Positions 38,262 through 47,860 of a DNA stretch of 64,000 nt are shown one piece after another (position 1 is the stretch's first letter; every line of letters starts with the position of its first letter). The stretch comes from Candidatus Gottesmanbacteria bacterium (GTDB lineage Bacteria > Patescibacteriota > Microgenomatia > JAMCYU01): positions 194,683 through 258,682 of the forward strand of contig JAZDMI010000021.1 in the NCBI GenBank assembly GCA_043801155.1, read 5' to 3'. Below the pieces are notes generated by a model. The model did no database searches. It saw only the letters and a program-made list of their open reading frames with translations, and was not told the origin of the DNA. The position numbers and the translations under genes were made by a program.

Positions 38262-39892
38262 GAAATAAGCTATTTGATTTTTTCGGATTAATAATTGCTC
38301 TTTTTGTTTTGACTATTACTACTCGTCCCTTATTTCATCCGGGATTATTCCCAACTGCTGATAATATATCGGTTGTTCGTATTGAAGAAATGAAAAATGA
38401 GATCAATTCTGGTCAGTTTCCAGTACGATATGTTAAGAATTTAGGTAAGGGTCATGGATATATGTTATTTAATTATTATGCACCATTACCATTTTATGTT
38501 GGAGCTTTATTCAATAATATCGGGACAAACTTAGTTGGTTCGTTAAAAAGGACATACTTAATAGCTTTTGTTATTGGAACAGTCTCGACATATTTTTTAG
38601 TAAAAAGACTCTATGGAAGATGGTCTGGTATCATCGCCTCATGGTTTTTTAGTTTAAATCCGTTTCTAGGAGTTGATACATATTCTCGTGGAGGACTAGG
38701 AGAAGTATGGGCTATTTCTCTGATTCCCACTGTTATTTATTTTTTAATTAGCTACCTTAGTTATCCAAAGATCATTTACCTTATCTTTTCATCAATCTCG
38801 ATCGCTGCGTTAATTTTAAGCCATAATTTAACTTCATATCTAGGAATGGTATTTATATTAGCCTTTATCTTTTTGACACAAAGAACAAGGCGGATATTTG
38901 CTTTGTTATTGCCAATACTATTGGGGTTGGGTCTTGCTTCTTTTTTTTGGCTTCCGTCTTTTATTGAAAAGAATTATGTTTGGGTATGGTATATGGAAAA
39001 AAACATTTCTCAATATAATGAGAACTTTCTACCATTATCAATTCTGTATTCTCCAGACTCGATTTTCAGAATAAATTATTTAAATCCCCTCTACGGTTTA
39101 GCCTTTATTTGGGTAGGAGTAATTATCTATTGGTTTAAAAAGAAAATTGATCGAACATTTATTGTTAGTTTTTCGTTTGCCCTGATTACTTTATTGATGA
39201 CGATATCAATCTCAAAACCCGTTTGGGATAATTTTAGCGGGATTTTGTCGATAGTACAATTCCCCTGGAGATTTTTAACCATTAATATGATCTTTATTTC
39301 ATTAGTAATAGGCTTTCTGGTTAGTGGTAATAAGAAAGTAAATTATATCATCGGTACAATTATTCTTTTTTTGGCAGTAATTAACTCTTTTAATAGTTTT
39401 CGACCGAAAACATACGAGTTTGTTGATAAATATCGCGCCGAAGATCCCTGCGGTACCAGCTGGGGTTATGAATATCTTCCCATCTGGACCAAGGTTTGTC
39501 TTAAATTATATCCTGATGTAAAATTTGACTTTTTTGAGGGTGGCGGAGAAATAAAAAGTATTGTTGATAAAAGTGGGTACTATAAATTTACGGTGGCTAC
39601 TAATCAAGATTCGATTTTAAGAATAAATGAATATTATTATCCTGGCTGGCATGCTTATATTAACGGTCAAGCAACAACAATTAATTATCACAATCTTTAT
39701 GGAATAATATCGTTTCCTTTAAAAAAGGGGAATAGTATTATCGAGTTAAAACTTTTTGAAACACCATTGGCTGACTTAGCTAATAAAATATCACTGATTT
39801 CACTATTTTTACTAATATTATTGTTTTTTTGGCAAGTCTGTTTATGGCTGAAGTTTAAACCACCAACGGGTAACATCATTAAAAATTCCTAA
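38249..39892 (+). CDS. 'Family B' polytopic membrane protein (paralog 3); start may be the ATG at 38258 (ATGA overlap)
   Basis: FPTADNISVVRIEEMKNEINSGQFPVRYVKNLGKGHGYMLFNYYAPL; FFWLPS and QFPWRF; C-terminal YYYPGWHAYINGQATTI...KKGNSIIELK. Confidence 0.55.
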   Translation: MDKMRNKLFDFFGLIIALFVLTITTRPLFHPGLFPTADNISVVRIEEMKNEINSGQFPVRYVKNLGKGHGYMLFNYYAPLPFYVGALFNNIGTNLVGSLKRTYLIAFVIGTVSTYFLVKRLYGRWSGIIASWFFSLNPFLGVDTYSRGGLGEVWAISLIPTVIYFLISYLSYPKIIYLIFSSISIAALILSHNLTSYLGMVFILAFIFLTQRTRRIFALLLPILLGLGLASFFWLPSFIEKNYVWVWYMEKNISQYNENFLPLSILYSPDSIFRINYLNPLYGLAFIWVGVIIYWFKKKIDRTFIVSFSFALITLLMTISISKPVWDNFSGILSIVQFPWRFLTINMIFISLVIGFLVSGNKKVNYIIGTIILFLAVINSFNSFRPKTYEFVDKYRAEDPCGTSWGYEYLPIWTKVCLKLYPDVKFDFFEGGGEIKSIVDKSGYYKFTVATNQDSILRINEYYYPGWHAYINGQATTINYHNLYGIISFPLKKGNSIIELKLFETPLADLANKISLISLFLLILLFFWQVCLWLKFKPPTGNIIKNS

Positions 39893-41290
39893 TGGTGAAA
39901 GTAAATACCAGTTAGTTTCAGTTATGGCTGTAGGTGTTGCTTCATTAATATCTACCAGATCGCCAAATTTAGCATACGGTAATAGTGCAACATTTTTCGG
40001 TAACGAACACTTTAAACCAACGCCAATCTTTCGTCCTTCTTCGCTATAGCGATTATCCATATCAAGTAATAGTGTCATCGCCTGAGCCGGTTCACGATCT
40101 TGCTGACAGTAATATATTGAAAATTTGTCACCCGGATACTTTTGATAAAGCAGATTAACTCTTCGTTTGGCATCAGGATGGGCCCAGTCAGTAACCAAAA
40201 GCGGTTTGATATTGATAAGTGCTATTAAAAAATAAACACCGAGTAAAACTGCGCCGATGGCTTTTGACCTTTTTATAATTTGGTATAGAACATATCCGGT
40301 AAATAGAAAAATGTAGGGATGGAAAAACTGTAAATACCCAAATGATTTTTCACCACGCCAATAACGAAGATAAAATACCATAATCAAAAAGTGGATGAAA
40401 AAAATTATCCAGGGAGTTGCTAAATGCTTTTTTAGTATACTTTGGATAAATATGATTAAAAAAATTCCAATAATGAGTATGGAAAATATTGGATGTATAC
40501 CGGTGACATACGACCAAAAGCTTGGCCAAAAATTTCCCAAATATGTAAGCCAGCGGGTACTTGTCCATAAACGGTATTGATCGTATAAGAAAAATTGTAC
40601 TAAACCTCGCGTATTAAACCAATGGTTGGTAAATTCAAAAAAAAGTAGCGGCAGAAAGCTTAAAAAAAGCCCTAAAAAAACTAGAGGCAGAAATTTCCTT
40701 TTATCTTTATAAAATAATAAACACAACGGTAGAAGAAGGAAGAGAACCGCCTGATAATGCATATTGATCATCAGTCCCAAAGAGAAACCTAATAATATTC
40801 CCCACCAAAGAGGAACGCTTTTTTTAAAAATTTGCATAAATAAAATTAAACTAAGAACCCCAAAAGGAGAAACAAATGACGGTTGTAGTAATGACGTACT
40901 AGCAGAAATTTGAGCTGGAGAAAATGCGGTTAAGGCCGCAACAAGAAGGCCAAACATAGGACCAATAAGCAGATTCCCTATAATAAACATACCAAAAATA
41001 GTAAACAATGACAGAAAGCCATTGGTTATCCATGGCGCCCAGATAAACGGAAATATTCGTTGAAAGAAAATTAGTATATAGTAGTACCAAGGACCAAACG
41101 TAAACGGACCCAAAGACGAAAATGATCCGGTCAATGGTAACTGGAATTGTTGAGCACCCTCTCGGGCGACTATAGCATCCCGTCCGCTATCACCACCCAG
41201 TGACCAACGACCTGGTGTATTGTAAAATCGAAAATATAATCCAACGAGCAGAATTAAAATAAAAATGATAAAAAGGTATTTTTTTCTCAC
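39842..41290 (-). CDS. Polytopic membrane glycosyltransferase, GT-C ('family C' paralog 2), minus strand
   Basis: RFYNTPGRWSLGGDSGRDAIVAREGAQ...GPFTFGPWYY, parallel to LGDEGRDVLVVKRM...GPIYYY in ORF 6762. 482 aa. Its 3' end overlaps the 3' end of the convergent + strand gene by 51 bp. Confidence 0.5.
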   Translation of the reverse strand: MRKKYLFIIFILILLVGLYFRFYNTPGRWSLGGDSGRDAIVAREGAQQFQLPLTGSFSSLGPFTFGPWYYYILIFFQRIFPFIWAPWITNGFLSLFTIFGMFIIGNLLIGPMFGLLVAALTAFSPAQISASTSLLQPSFVSPFGVLSLILFMQIFKKSVPLWWGILLGFSLGLMINMHYQAVLFLLLPLCLLFYKDKRKFLPLVFLGLFLSFLPLLFFEFTNHWFNTRGLVQFFLYDQYRLWTSTRWLTYLGNFWPSFWSYVTGIHPIFSILIIGIFLIIFIQSILKKHLATPWIIFFIHFLIMVFYLRYWRGEKSFGYLQFFHPYIFLFTGYVLYQIIKRSKAIGAVLLGVYFLIALINIKPLLVTDWAHPDAKRRVNLLYQKYPGDKFSIYYCQQDREPAQAMTLLLDMDNRYSEEGRKIGVGLKCSLPKNVALLPYAKFGDLVDINEATPTAITETNWYLLSPLGIFNDVTRWWFKLQP

Positions 41291-41311
41291 AATATGTTTA
41301 TTTAAAAATAT

Positions 41312-43009
41312 TTAATCAACTGATATTTCTTCTTTATAATCTAATTGTTCATAAATCTTCGACGTACCTTCAGGAAAATCGACGACAATTAAAGATATAG
41401 CCCCATCTGAAAAAGCGATTTTTTTAATAATTCTTGAGGTTCGAGGAAGTTTACAGTTAACCTTGTAGACTACCAAAATATTCCCTTTCATTTGAGAATC
41501 GATAATAGGGCACTCTTCTCTTATTATTTTAATATTGTCGATATTATTCCAGGTATATTCTAAACCCTTTTCTTTAATTAATTTTTGATATATATTTGGA
41601 TTTGTTTGGTTATAAAACAAAAAATATACATAAGGTTCGGTAGAGTTAAATGTTAAATAAACACTCGTATATTTATTTTTAACTGAATTTACATAAGACA
41701 CCAGCTCTTTCATATCATAAAAACGATACCAAGGACGACGAAGGAAAGTGTGAACAGTATATTGATGAATAAAATATGAGCAGTTCCAAATAATAATCAT
41801 CGAAAGTACGGTAATAGTAACCATTTTTTTAAAATAACGTAGATTAATGAATAAATCTAATAACCCCAGGGCGACTACCCACTGTAAAGCTGGCAATATG
41901 AATAATGCTCTTTGAAGATTGGGTGTTTCTTCTATAGTTAAAGAGGATGAAAATAATCCCAATATGATCCATAGAAAGATTATAAAGGTATTTTCTATTC
42001 GATAGCGTTTCGAAAACAATACAATAAAACCCCATAGAAGAAAAGGCAGCTCCCAAAAATATAGAATTCCCATATTTGGGACATAATATCGGATAGGTAA
42101 ACCACCTTTAAATATTAAAAAATCAGCGGTAAAATAAGAAGAAAAATTCTCAACGGCTTTTAAAGAAAAATTTATAATCTTATTATGGAAAACCCTTGTT
42201 AAGAAAATAGGGAAACTGTTACCATCCTCCCTTATCTGTTCCTCAAGTATGAGCTTAGTTCCGTGTTCATTAATTATACTTACTTGGTTAAAACGGCCAG
42301 TTGAAGATGCCCAAAAAACCGTGAATGGGAAAATAAGATAAATTATGGTAACCCCTAAAAAGGCTAAACTTACCTGTTTTTTTGCCCTGACAGCCATAAG
42401 AAAGAAGATAAATAAGATTATCGGAATCATTATTCTGGTTGATAAATAGGAAAAAAAGGCTAAAACGAAAAAGAGATAAGAGAAGAAGACAGAGTATTTT
42501 GATTCCTTTTCATAAGCACGCCAAGAGAATAAGAACCCTAGAATATAAAAGAATAAAGCTATGACTGCGTCTGACGTTGCCCTGGATAGCATAACGTGCC
42601 ATGGTGAAATAGTGAATAAAAAAGATGACAGGAGAGATAATGCCTTATTCTTAAATAATGATTGTGTTAACAAAAACACCAGTAAAATAGAAATAGTTCC
42701 TATAACTGAAGTATCGATACGCGTTCCAAATTCTGATAGACCGAAAACTACAATACCAGGAATAGTTAAATATGTAGGAAGTAATGGTCTCTCGTAATTC
42801 CAAATCTTGATGTGAACAGGTAAAAAATTACCTAGTTCATCCCGGCCAGTCTTTAAAAGGGAAAAAGCATTGTATCCAAGTTGGGCCTCATCTATATGAA
42901 GACCGATAGGAATTTCAGATAACCTATAGTATCTAAGCAGAAAACCTAATAAAACAACAATGATAAGAATTATTGTCGAGTTTGAGACTAACTTCTTTAA
43001 AAAAATCAT
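41312..43009 (-). CDS. PMT/ArnT-like GT-C membrane glycosyltransferase ('family D' paralog 1), minus strand
   Basis: IGLHIDEAQLGYNAFSLLKTGRDELGNFLPVH first-loop motif; VFHNKIINFSL...FTADFLIF; 565 aa. It lies upstream of and co-directional with 39842-41290. Confidence 0.55.
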   Translation of the reverse strand: MIFLKKLVSNSTIILIIVVLLGFLLRYYRLSEIPIGLHIDEAQLGYNAFSLLKTGRDELGNFLPVHIKIWNYERPLLPTYLTIPGIVVFGLSEFGTRIDTSVIGTISILLVFLLTQSLFKNKALSLLSSFLFTISPWHVMLSRATSDAVIALFFYILGFLFSWRAYEKESKYSVFFSYLFFVLAFFSYLSTRIMIPIILFIFFLMAVRAKKQVSLAFLGVTIIYLIFPFTVFWASSTGRFNQVSIINEHGTKLILEEQIREDGNSFPIFLTRVFHNKIINFSLKAVENFSSYFTADFLIFKGGLPIRYYVPNMGILYFWELPFLLWGFIVLFSKRYRIENTFIIFLWIILGLFSSSLTIEETPNLQRALFILPALQWVVALGLLDLFINLRYFKKMVTITVLSMIIIWNCSYFIHQYTVHTFLRRPWYRFYDMKELVSYVNSVKNKYTSVYLTFNSTEPYVYFLFYNQTNPNIYQKLIKEKGLEYTWNNIDNIKIIREECPIIDSQMKGNILVVYKVNCKLPRTSRIIKKIAFSDGAISLIVVDFPEGTSKIYEQLDYKEEISVD

Positions 43010-43036
43010 CTAATTAAGGTATAATTACTAATAACA

Positions 43037-44680
43037 TTGAAAATGATTAAGAAATTCTTAACAAGTTGGTGCTTAATTCTTCTAATTTTTATATTAGCAT
43101 CCATTCTTAGGTTTAACAAGCTTGGGGAGATACCATTATCTCTTTCGTGGGATGAGGTAGCCCAAGGTTACAACGCGTATGCTTTAGCAACGACGGGTAA
43201 AGATGAATTTGGTAGAGCCTGGCCAATCGATTATTTAGAATCGTTTGGTGACTTCAAGCCGGTACTTTACACCTATATGACAATTATGCCGGTTAAAATC
43301 TGGGGTTTAAATGAATTTTCAACCAGATTTGCTTCAGCATTTTTCGGATCAGTCACAGTTTTAATCACCTATTTTTTGGTCTTACAGTTATTCTTCAAAA
43401 GTGAAAATAAAAAGACCTTGGCTCTTCTAACATCATTATTTTTAGCTATATCTCCATGGCATATCAACCTTTCAAGAGCGGCTTTCGAAGCAAACCTTGG
43501 CCTTTTTTGGATAGTATTGGCGATGTATTTACTCTTACGTGGTTTAAATGGACAACGGCTTAGTTTTATATTAAGTGCCTTTCCTTTTGCCGCAGTATTT
43601 TATACCTTTAATGCCACACGTACTTTTGTACCATTATTTTTAATAAGTATAGCTGTAATTCTTATAAAAGATTGGAAAATTTTGTGGAAAAAAGGAATAA
43701 TCTTCGGGGTAGTTCTTTTTATTTTGCTAATACCAATAATTCCTCATCTTTTTTCTCCACAAGCACAACTGCGATTTCGTGAAGTAAATATTTTTTCTGA
43801 TCTTAAACCGATTAAGATTAGTAATGCTCGAATAAAAACCGATAATGATATTTGGTGGGCAAAAATATTACATAATCGTCGCCTGATGTTTTCTTTAGAA
43901 TTTATTAAGCATTATAGTGATAATCTAAATTTAGATTTTCTTTTTATACATGGGGATGGCAATCCAAAATTTTCAATTCAGGATGTCGGACAACTTTACC
44001 TTTTTGATTTACCGTTATTTTTTATCGGAATAGTCTTCCTAATTAAAAAATATCCTCCAGCAGCCAAAATTATTTTTGTTTGGTTATTGATAGGTATAGT
44101 TCCTGCAGCCACAGCCAGAGAGACGCCGCATGCCTTAAGAATTCTTCACACATTACCAACCTGGCAGATAATATTAGCTGTCGGTTGGTATGAAGCGTGG
44201 TTGTGGTTAAAATTTAAAAAACGGGGTGTTATCATTATAATTGTCGCCATACTCGGGCTGACTGGGAATTTTTTCTGGTATATTCATAATTATTATGCTC
44301 ATTATCCAAAAGAGTATGCTGGCCAATGGGAATATGGATATAAACAAGCGATCAGTTATATAAATAGGGTTTATAAACAATACGATAGAATCGTTATTAC
44401 CAATAATATGGGTCGGCCTTATATATATTTTTTATATTATAATCAATATTCTCCTTATAAATTTCGCCAAACGGCCACGATAAAAAGAGATACCTTTGGT
44501 TTTGTTGATGTTTTAGGTTTTGATAAATATATATTTACTAATAATTTTGACTTACCTGCAAAACCTGGTCAGAAGACTTTATTTATTGTTTTTCCTCAAG
44601 ACGTACCCAAGACAAAAGCCGTGAAAGAAACAATTAACTTACCTAATGGGAGCACAATATTAAATTCATATGAACAGTAG
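43037..44680 (+). CDS. PMT/ArnT-like GT-C membrane glycosyltransferase ('family D' paralog 2)
   Basis: LSLSWDEVAQGYNAYALATTGKDEFGRAWPIDY; LHNRRLMFSLEFIKHYSDNLNLDFLF; PHALRILHTLP. Confidence 0.55.
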   Translation: MKMIKKFLTSWCLILLIFILASILRFNKLGEIPLSLSWDEVAQGYNAYALATTGKDEFGRAWPIDYLESFGDFKPVLYTYMTIMPVKIWGLNEFSTRFASAFFGSVTVLITYFLVLQLFFKSENKKTLALLTSLFLAISPWHINLSRAAFEANLGLFWIVLAMYLLLRGLNGQRLSFILSAFPFAAVFYTFNATRTFVPLFLISIAVILIKDWKILWKKGIIFGVVLFILLIPIIPHLFSPQAQLRFREVNIFSDLKPIKISNARIKTDNDIWWAKILHNRRLMFSLEFIKHYSDNLNLDFLFIHGDGNPKFSIQDVGQLYLFDLPLFFIGIVFLIKKYPPAAKIIFVWLLIGIVPAATARETPHALRILHTLPTWQIILAVGWYEAWLWLKFKKRGVIIIIVAILGLTGNFFWYIHNYYAHYPKEYAGQWEYGYKQAISYINRVYKQYDRIVITNNMGRPYIYFLYYNQYSPYKFRQTATIKRDTFGFVDVLGFDKYIFTNNFDLPAKPGQKTLFIVFPQDVPKTKAVKETINLPNGSTILNSYEQ

Positions 44681-46316
44681 AAAAGAACTAATTCTTGTTC
44701 TCTTTATTTTTCTTTTAGCTTTAGCATTAAGAATTTATCAGTTGGGGATCGTACCGCCAAGTCCGGACTGGGATGAAGCAGCTATCGGTTATAATGCCTA
44801 TTCTTTACTAAAAACAGGCCGTGATGAGTATGGCAAGTTTTTGCCTATTGTTTTTCGTTCATTTGACGACTATAAACCGCCGGTATATTTTTATCTGGCA
44901 ATTCCTTCGATAGCCATATTTGGTTTGAACGTTTTTGCCGTCAGACTTCCTTCGGCTATCCTAGGTTCTCTGACGGTCCTTATTACTTATTTCCTGGTTA
45001 AAAGATTATTTGCAGACCGAAAATCCTCTAATAAAACTTTGATAAACAGCAGTCTCTTGGCTTTTATAAGTGCTTTGTTGCTGGCGATTTCACCTTGGCA
45101 TCTACAGTTTTCCCGGGTCGCCTTTGAAACAAATATCGCCTTATTTTTTAATGTTACCGGTGTCTGGTTGTTTTTAGAAGGGCTTAAAAAACCAAAAATA
45201 TGGTTAATATCGGCTTTATTCTTTGCTTTGGCTCCATATAGTTATCATAGCGCCAGGGTATTTACACCATTACTGATTCTCGGTCTTTTTATAGTTTTTC
45301 GCGCTGATATTTTTAAACAAAGAAAATGGACAATTATTTCTGGATTGATCTTTAGCATATTGATGCTGCCTCTTATCTTGACCCTGCTTTCGCCTGAAGG
45401 ACGATTACGTTTGTCAGGAGTAAGCGCTCTGGCTGACCAAACAAATATCTTAACCAGAGATATCAAAAAAATTCAAGATGATAATAAAAATAATTTCCTC
45501 CCGGCTAAATTATTCCATAATCGGCGAATAACCTACGCCTTAATTGTTATTACCGGGTATTTACGACATTTTGATCTAAACTGGTTATTTTTAAATGGAG
45601 ATATTCCCCGGCACCATGCGCCAGGAGTCGGGATTCTTTACCTATGGGAATTGCCGTTTCTCTTTATTGGTATTTATCAGCTGATTTTTAATGAAAAAAA
45701 GGCGAGGAATATTCTTGTTTGGTGGATTTTAATTGCCCCAATCGCAGCCGCACCAACAGTTGAATTACCCCATGCAGTCAGGACTCTAACTTTTTTACCA
45801 ACATTCCAGATTATAACTGCCTATGGCTTAATATTTACAGCTAAATATATTTTAGCCAGGAACGTCTTATATAAAATTTCCATGATCCCTTATATTATTT
45901 TTATTGTTTTTAATATAATTTATTATTTCCATCAATACTATATTCACCTTTCAATTGAAACATCTCAGTATTGGCAATACGGTTATGAACAAGCCGTGGT
46001 TGGGGTAAAAAAAGTCTATAATCAATATAATAAAATTATTGTATCAACTAAACTGGAGCAATCACACATGTTTTTCCTTTTCTATTTAAGATATGATCCG
46101 CAAAAATATCTTCAAGAGGGAGGATCATCTAGTGGCGGCTTCAAAGAAAAAAGAAACGGATTTGCTAAATTTGAATTTCGGCCGCTCGATATCGACCATG
46201 ATCAATATCCAGCTAAAACTCTTTTAGTTGGTACGCCTGACGAATTAACTATTGGAAGTATCGAAACAATCTATAATTTAGATGGTTCAGAGGCCATTAA
46301 ATTAGTCGAAAGGTGA
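44670..46316 (+). CDS. PMT/ArnT-like GT-C membrane glycosyltransferase ('family D' paralog 3)
   Basis: PSPDWDEAAIGYNAYSLLKTGRDEYGKFLPIVF; FHNRRITYALIVITGYLRHFDLNWLF; PHAVRTLTFLP. Confidence 0.55.
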   Translation: MNSRKELILVLFIFLLALALRIYQLGIVPPSPDWDEAAIGYNAYSLLKTGRDEYGKFLPIVFRSFDDYKPPVYFYLAIPSIAIFGLNVFAVRLPSAILGSLTVLITYFLVKRLFADRKSSNKTLINSSLLAFISALLLAISPWHLQFSRVAFETNIALFFNVTGVWLFLEGLKKPKIWLISALFFALAPYSYHSARVFTPLLILGLFIVFRADIFKQRKWTIISGLIFSILMLPLILTLLSPEGRLRLSGVSALADQTNILTRDIKKIQDDNKNNFLPAKLFHNRRITYALIVITGYLRHFDLNWLFLNGDIPRHHAPGVGILYLWELPFLFIGIYQLIFNEKKARNILVWWILIAPIAAAPTVELPHAVRTLTFLPTFQIITAYGLIFTAKYILARNVLYKISMIPYIIFIVFNIIYYFHQYYIHLSIETSQYWQYGYEQAVVGVKKVYNQYNKIIVSTKLEQSHMFFLFYLRYDPQKYLQEGGSSSGGFKEKRNGFAKFEFRPLDIDHDQYPAKTLLVGTPDELTIGSIETIYNLDGSEAIKLVER

Positions 46317-46317
46317 A

Positions 46318-47112
46318 ATGAAATTATCAGTAGTTTTAGCAACCTATAACGAAGAAAATAATATCGGGCAATGTCTACAATCGGTTCGGGATTTGGCCGA
46401 TGAGATAATTATAGTTGATGGAAAATCAACAGATAGAACAGTTGAAATTGCTAAACAATATGATGCAAAGATAATTGTTACTGATAATCCGCCAATATTT
46501 CATATTAATAAACAAAAAGCAATTGATTTAGCTACCGGAGATTGGATTTTACAGCTCGATGCCGATGAAAGAGTAACGCTGGAGTTAAAAAAAGAAATTC
46601 TATCTGCTATCTGCTTACCACTATCTACTATCAACGGTTACTGGATTCCTAGAAAAAATTGGTTTTTGGGCAGATTTTTAATGAAGGGCGGTCAATATCC
46701 AGATTATACACTCCGGCTATACCGAAAAGGTAAAGGCAAACTTCCGTGTAAAAACGTTCATGAACAAGCCATCGTTGATGGTGAAGTGGGATATTTAAAA
46801 AATCCCTTGATTCATATGGCTGATATTAATATTAACCGTTATCTAAAGCGCTGGGACAGGTATACAAATTTATTAGCGGGTGAAATAAAAGATATACTAC
46901 AACAACAGAATATATTTATGAGGATAAGTACAGGAGGGATATATTTAATTATCAAGCCCTGGTATTGGTTTTTACTGACTTATTTTCGCCATAAAGGCTT
47001 TATGGATTCCTGGCAAGGATTTGTTTTTTCGCTATTTTCTGCTTGGCGTTTTCCGGTAGCCTATATTAAATATCTAATAAGGGGAGGTAAAATAACTTAT
47101 GAAAAATCCTAA
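46318..47112 (+). CDS. GT2 glycosyltransferase (WaaE/KdtX-like), paralog 3 of 3
   Basis: LSVVLATYNEENNIGQCL...IIVDGKSTDRT, QLDADER, GYWIPRKNWF. Confidence 0.65.
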   Translation: MKLSVVLATYNEENNIGQCLQSVRDLADEIIIVDGKSTDRTVEIAKQYDAKIIVTDNPPIFHINKQKAIDLATGDWILQLDADERVTLELKKEILSAICLPLSTINGYWIPRKNWFLGRFLMKGGQYPDYTLRLYRKGKGKLPCKNVHEQAIVDGEVGYLKNPLIHMADININRYLKRWDRYTNLLAGEIKDILQQQNIFMRISTGGIYLIIKPWYWFLLTYFRHKGFMDSWQGFVFSLFSAWRFPVAYIKYLIRGGKITYEKS

Positions 47113-47839
47113 TATTATTGTGGTCATGCCCGCTTTTAATGCCGAAAAAACCATTGAAAAAACTTATCAGGATCTTCCCCGTGACCTGATTAATGAAGTT
47201 ATTGTTGTCGACGATCAAAGTCGTGATAAAACTGTTGAAATAGCCAAAAAATTACACATTAAAACTTTTGTTCATCCGCAGAATCTTGGGTACGGAGGAA
47301 ACCAAAAAACCTGTTATTGGGAAGCATTAAAGAAAAATCCGGATGTCGTAGTCATGCTTCATCCCGATTATCAATATGATGCTACCAAAACCGCAGAATT
47401 AATTAAACCAATTCTGAATGGTGAATACGACTTGATGTTTGGTTCAAGAATTAGGACTAGAGAAGAGGCTTTAAAGGGAGGAATGCCATTAACAAAATAT
47501 CTTCTCAATCGAATTTTTTGTGTCATTGAAAATATTGTTTTAGGAGTTAACTTTACTGAGCATTTCAGTGGTTTCCGCGCTTACAGCCGTAAAGTATTAG
47601 AAACCGTTCCGTTCCAAAGATTTTCTAATGATTTCGTTTTTGATCAGGAAATGATGGCCTCCGCGATTGCGTTAGGTTTTAGGGTTGGCGAGACACCAAT
47701 TCCGGTTCGTTATTTTTCCGAAAGTTCTTCGATAAAGTATTTAGCCGGCTCAAAATTTCTTATGGAAACACTGCTTGTCCTTCTGCGATTTATACTAAAT
47801 AAAAATAACATTATCAAGGATAATATTTTTCGGGACTAA
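47099..47839 (+). CDS. GT2 glycosyltransferase (Dpm1/GtrB-like polyprenyl-phosphate sugar synthase)
   Basis: IIVVMPAFNAEKTI...VVDDQSRDKT, HPDYQYD, GSRI. Confidence 0.7.
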   Translation: MKNPNIIVVMPAFNAEKTIEKTYQDLPRDLINEVIVVDDQSRDKTVEIAKKLHIKTFVHPQNLGYGGNQKTCYWEALKKNPDVVVMLHPDYQYDATKTAELIKPILNGEYDLMFGSRIRTREEALKGGMPLTKYLLNRIFCVIENIVLGVNFTEHFSGFRAYSRKVLETVPFQRFSNDFVFDQEMMASAIALGFRVGETPIPVRYFSESSSIKYLAGSKFLMETLLVLLRFILNKNNIIKDNIFRD

Positions 47840-47860
47840 TTTTTTAATGCTTCTTTTTTA

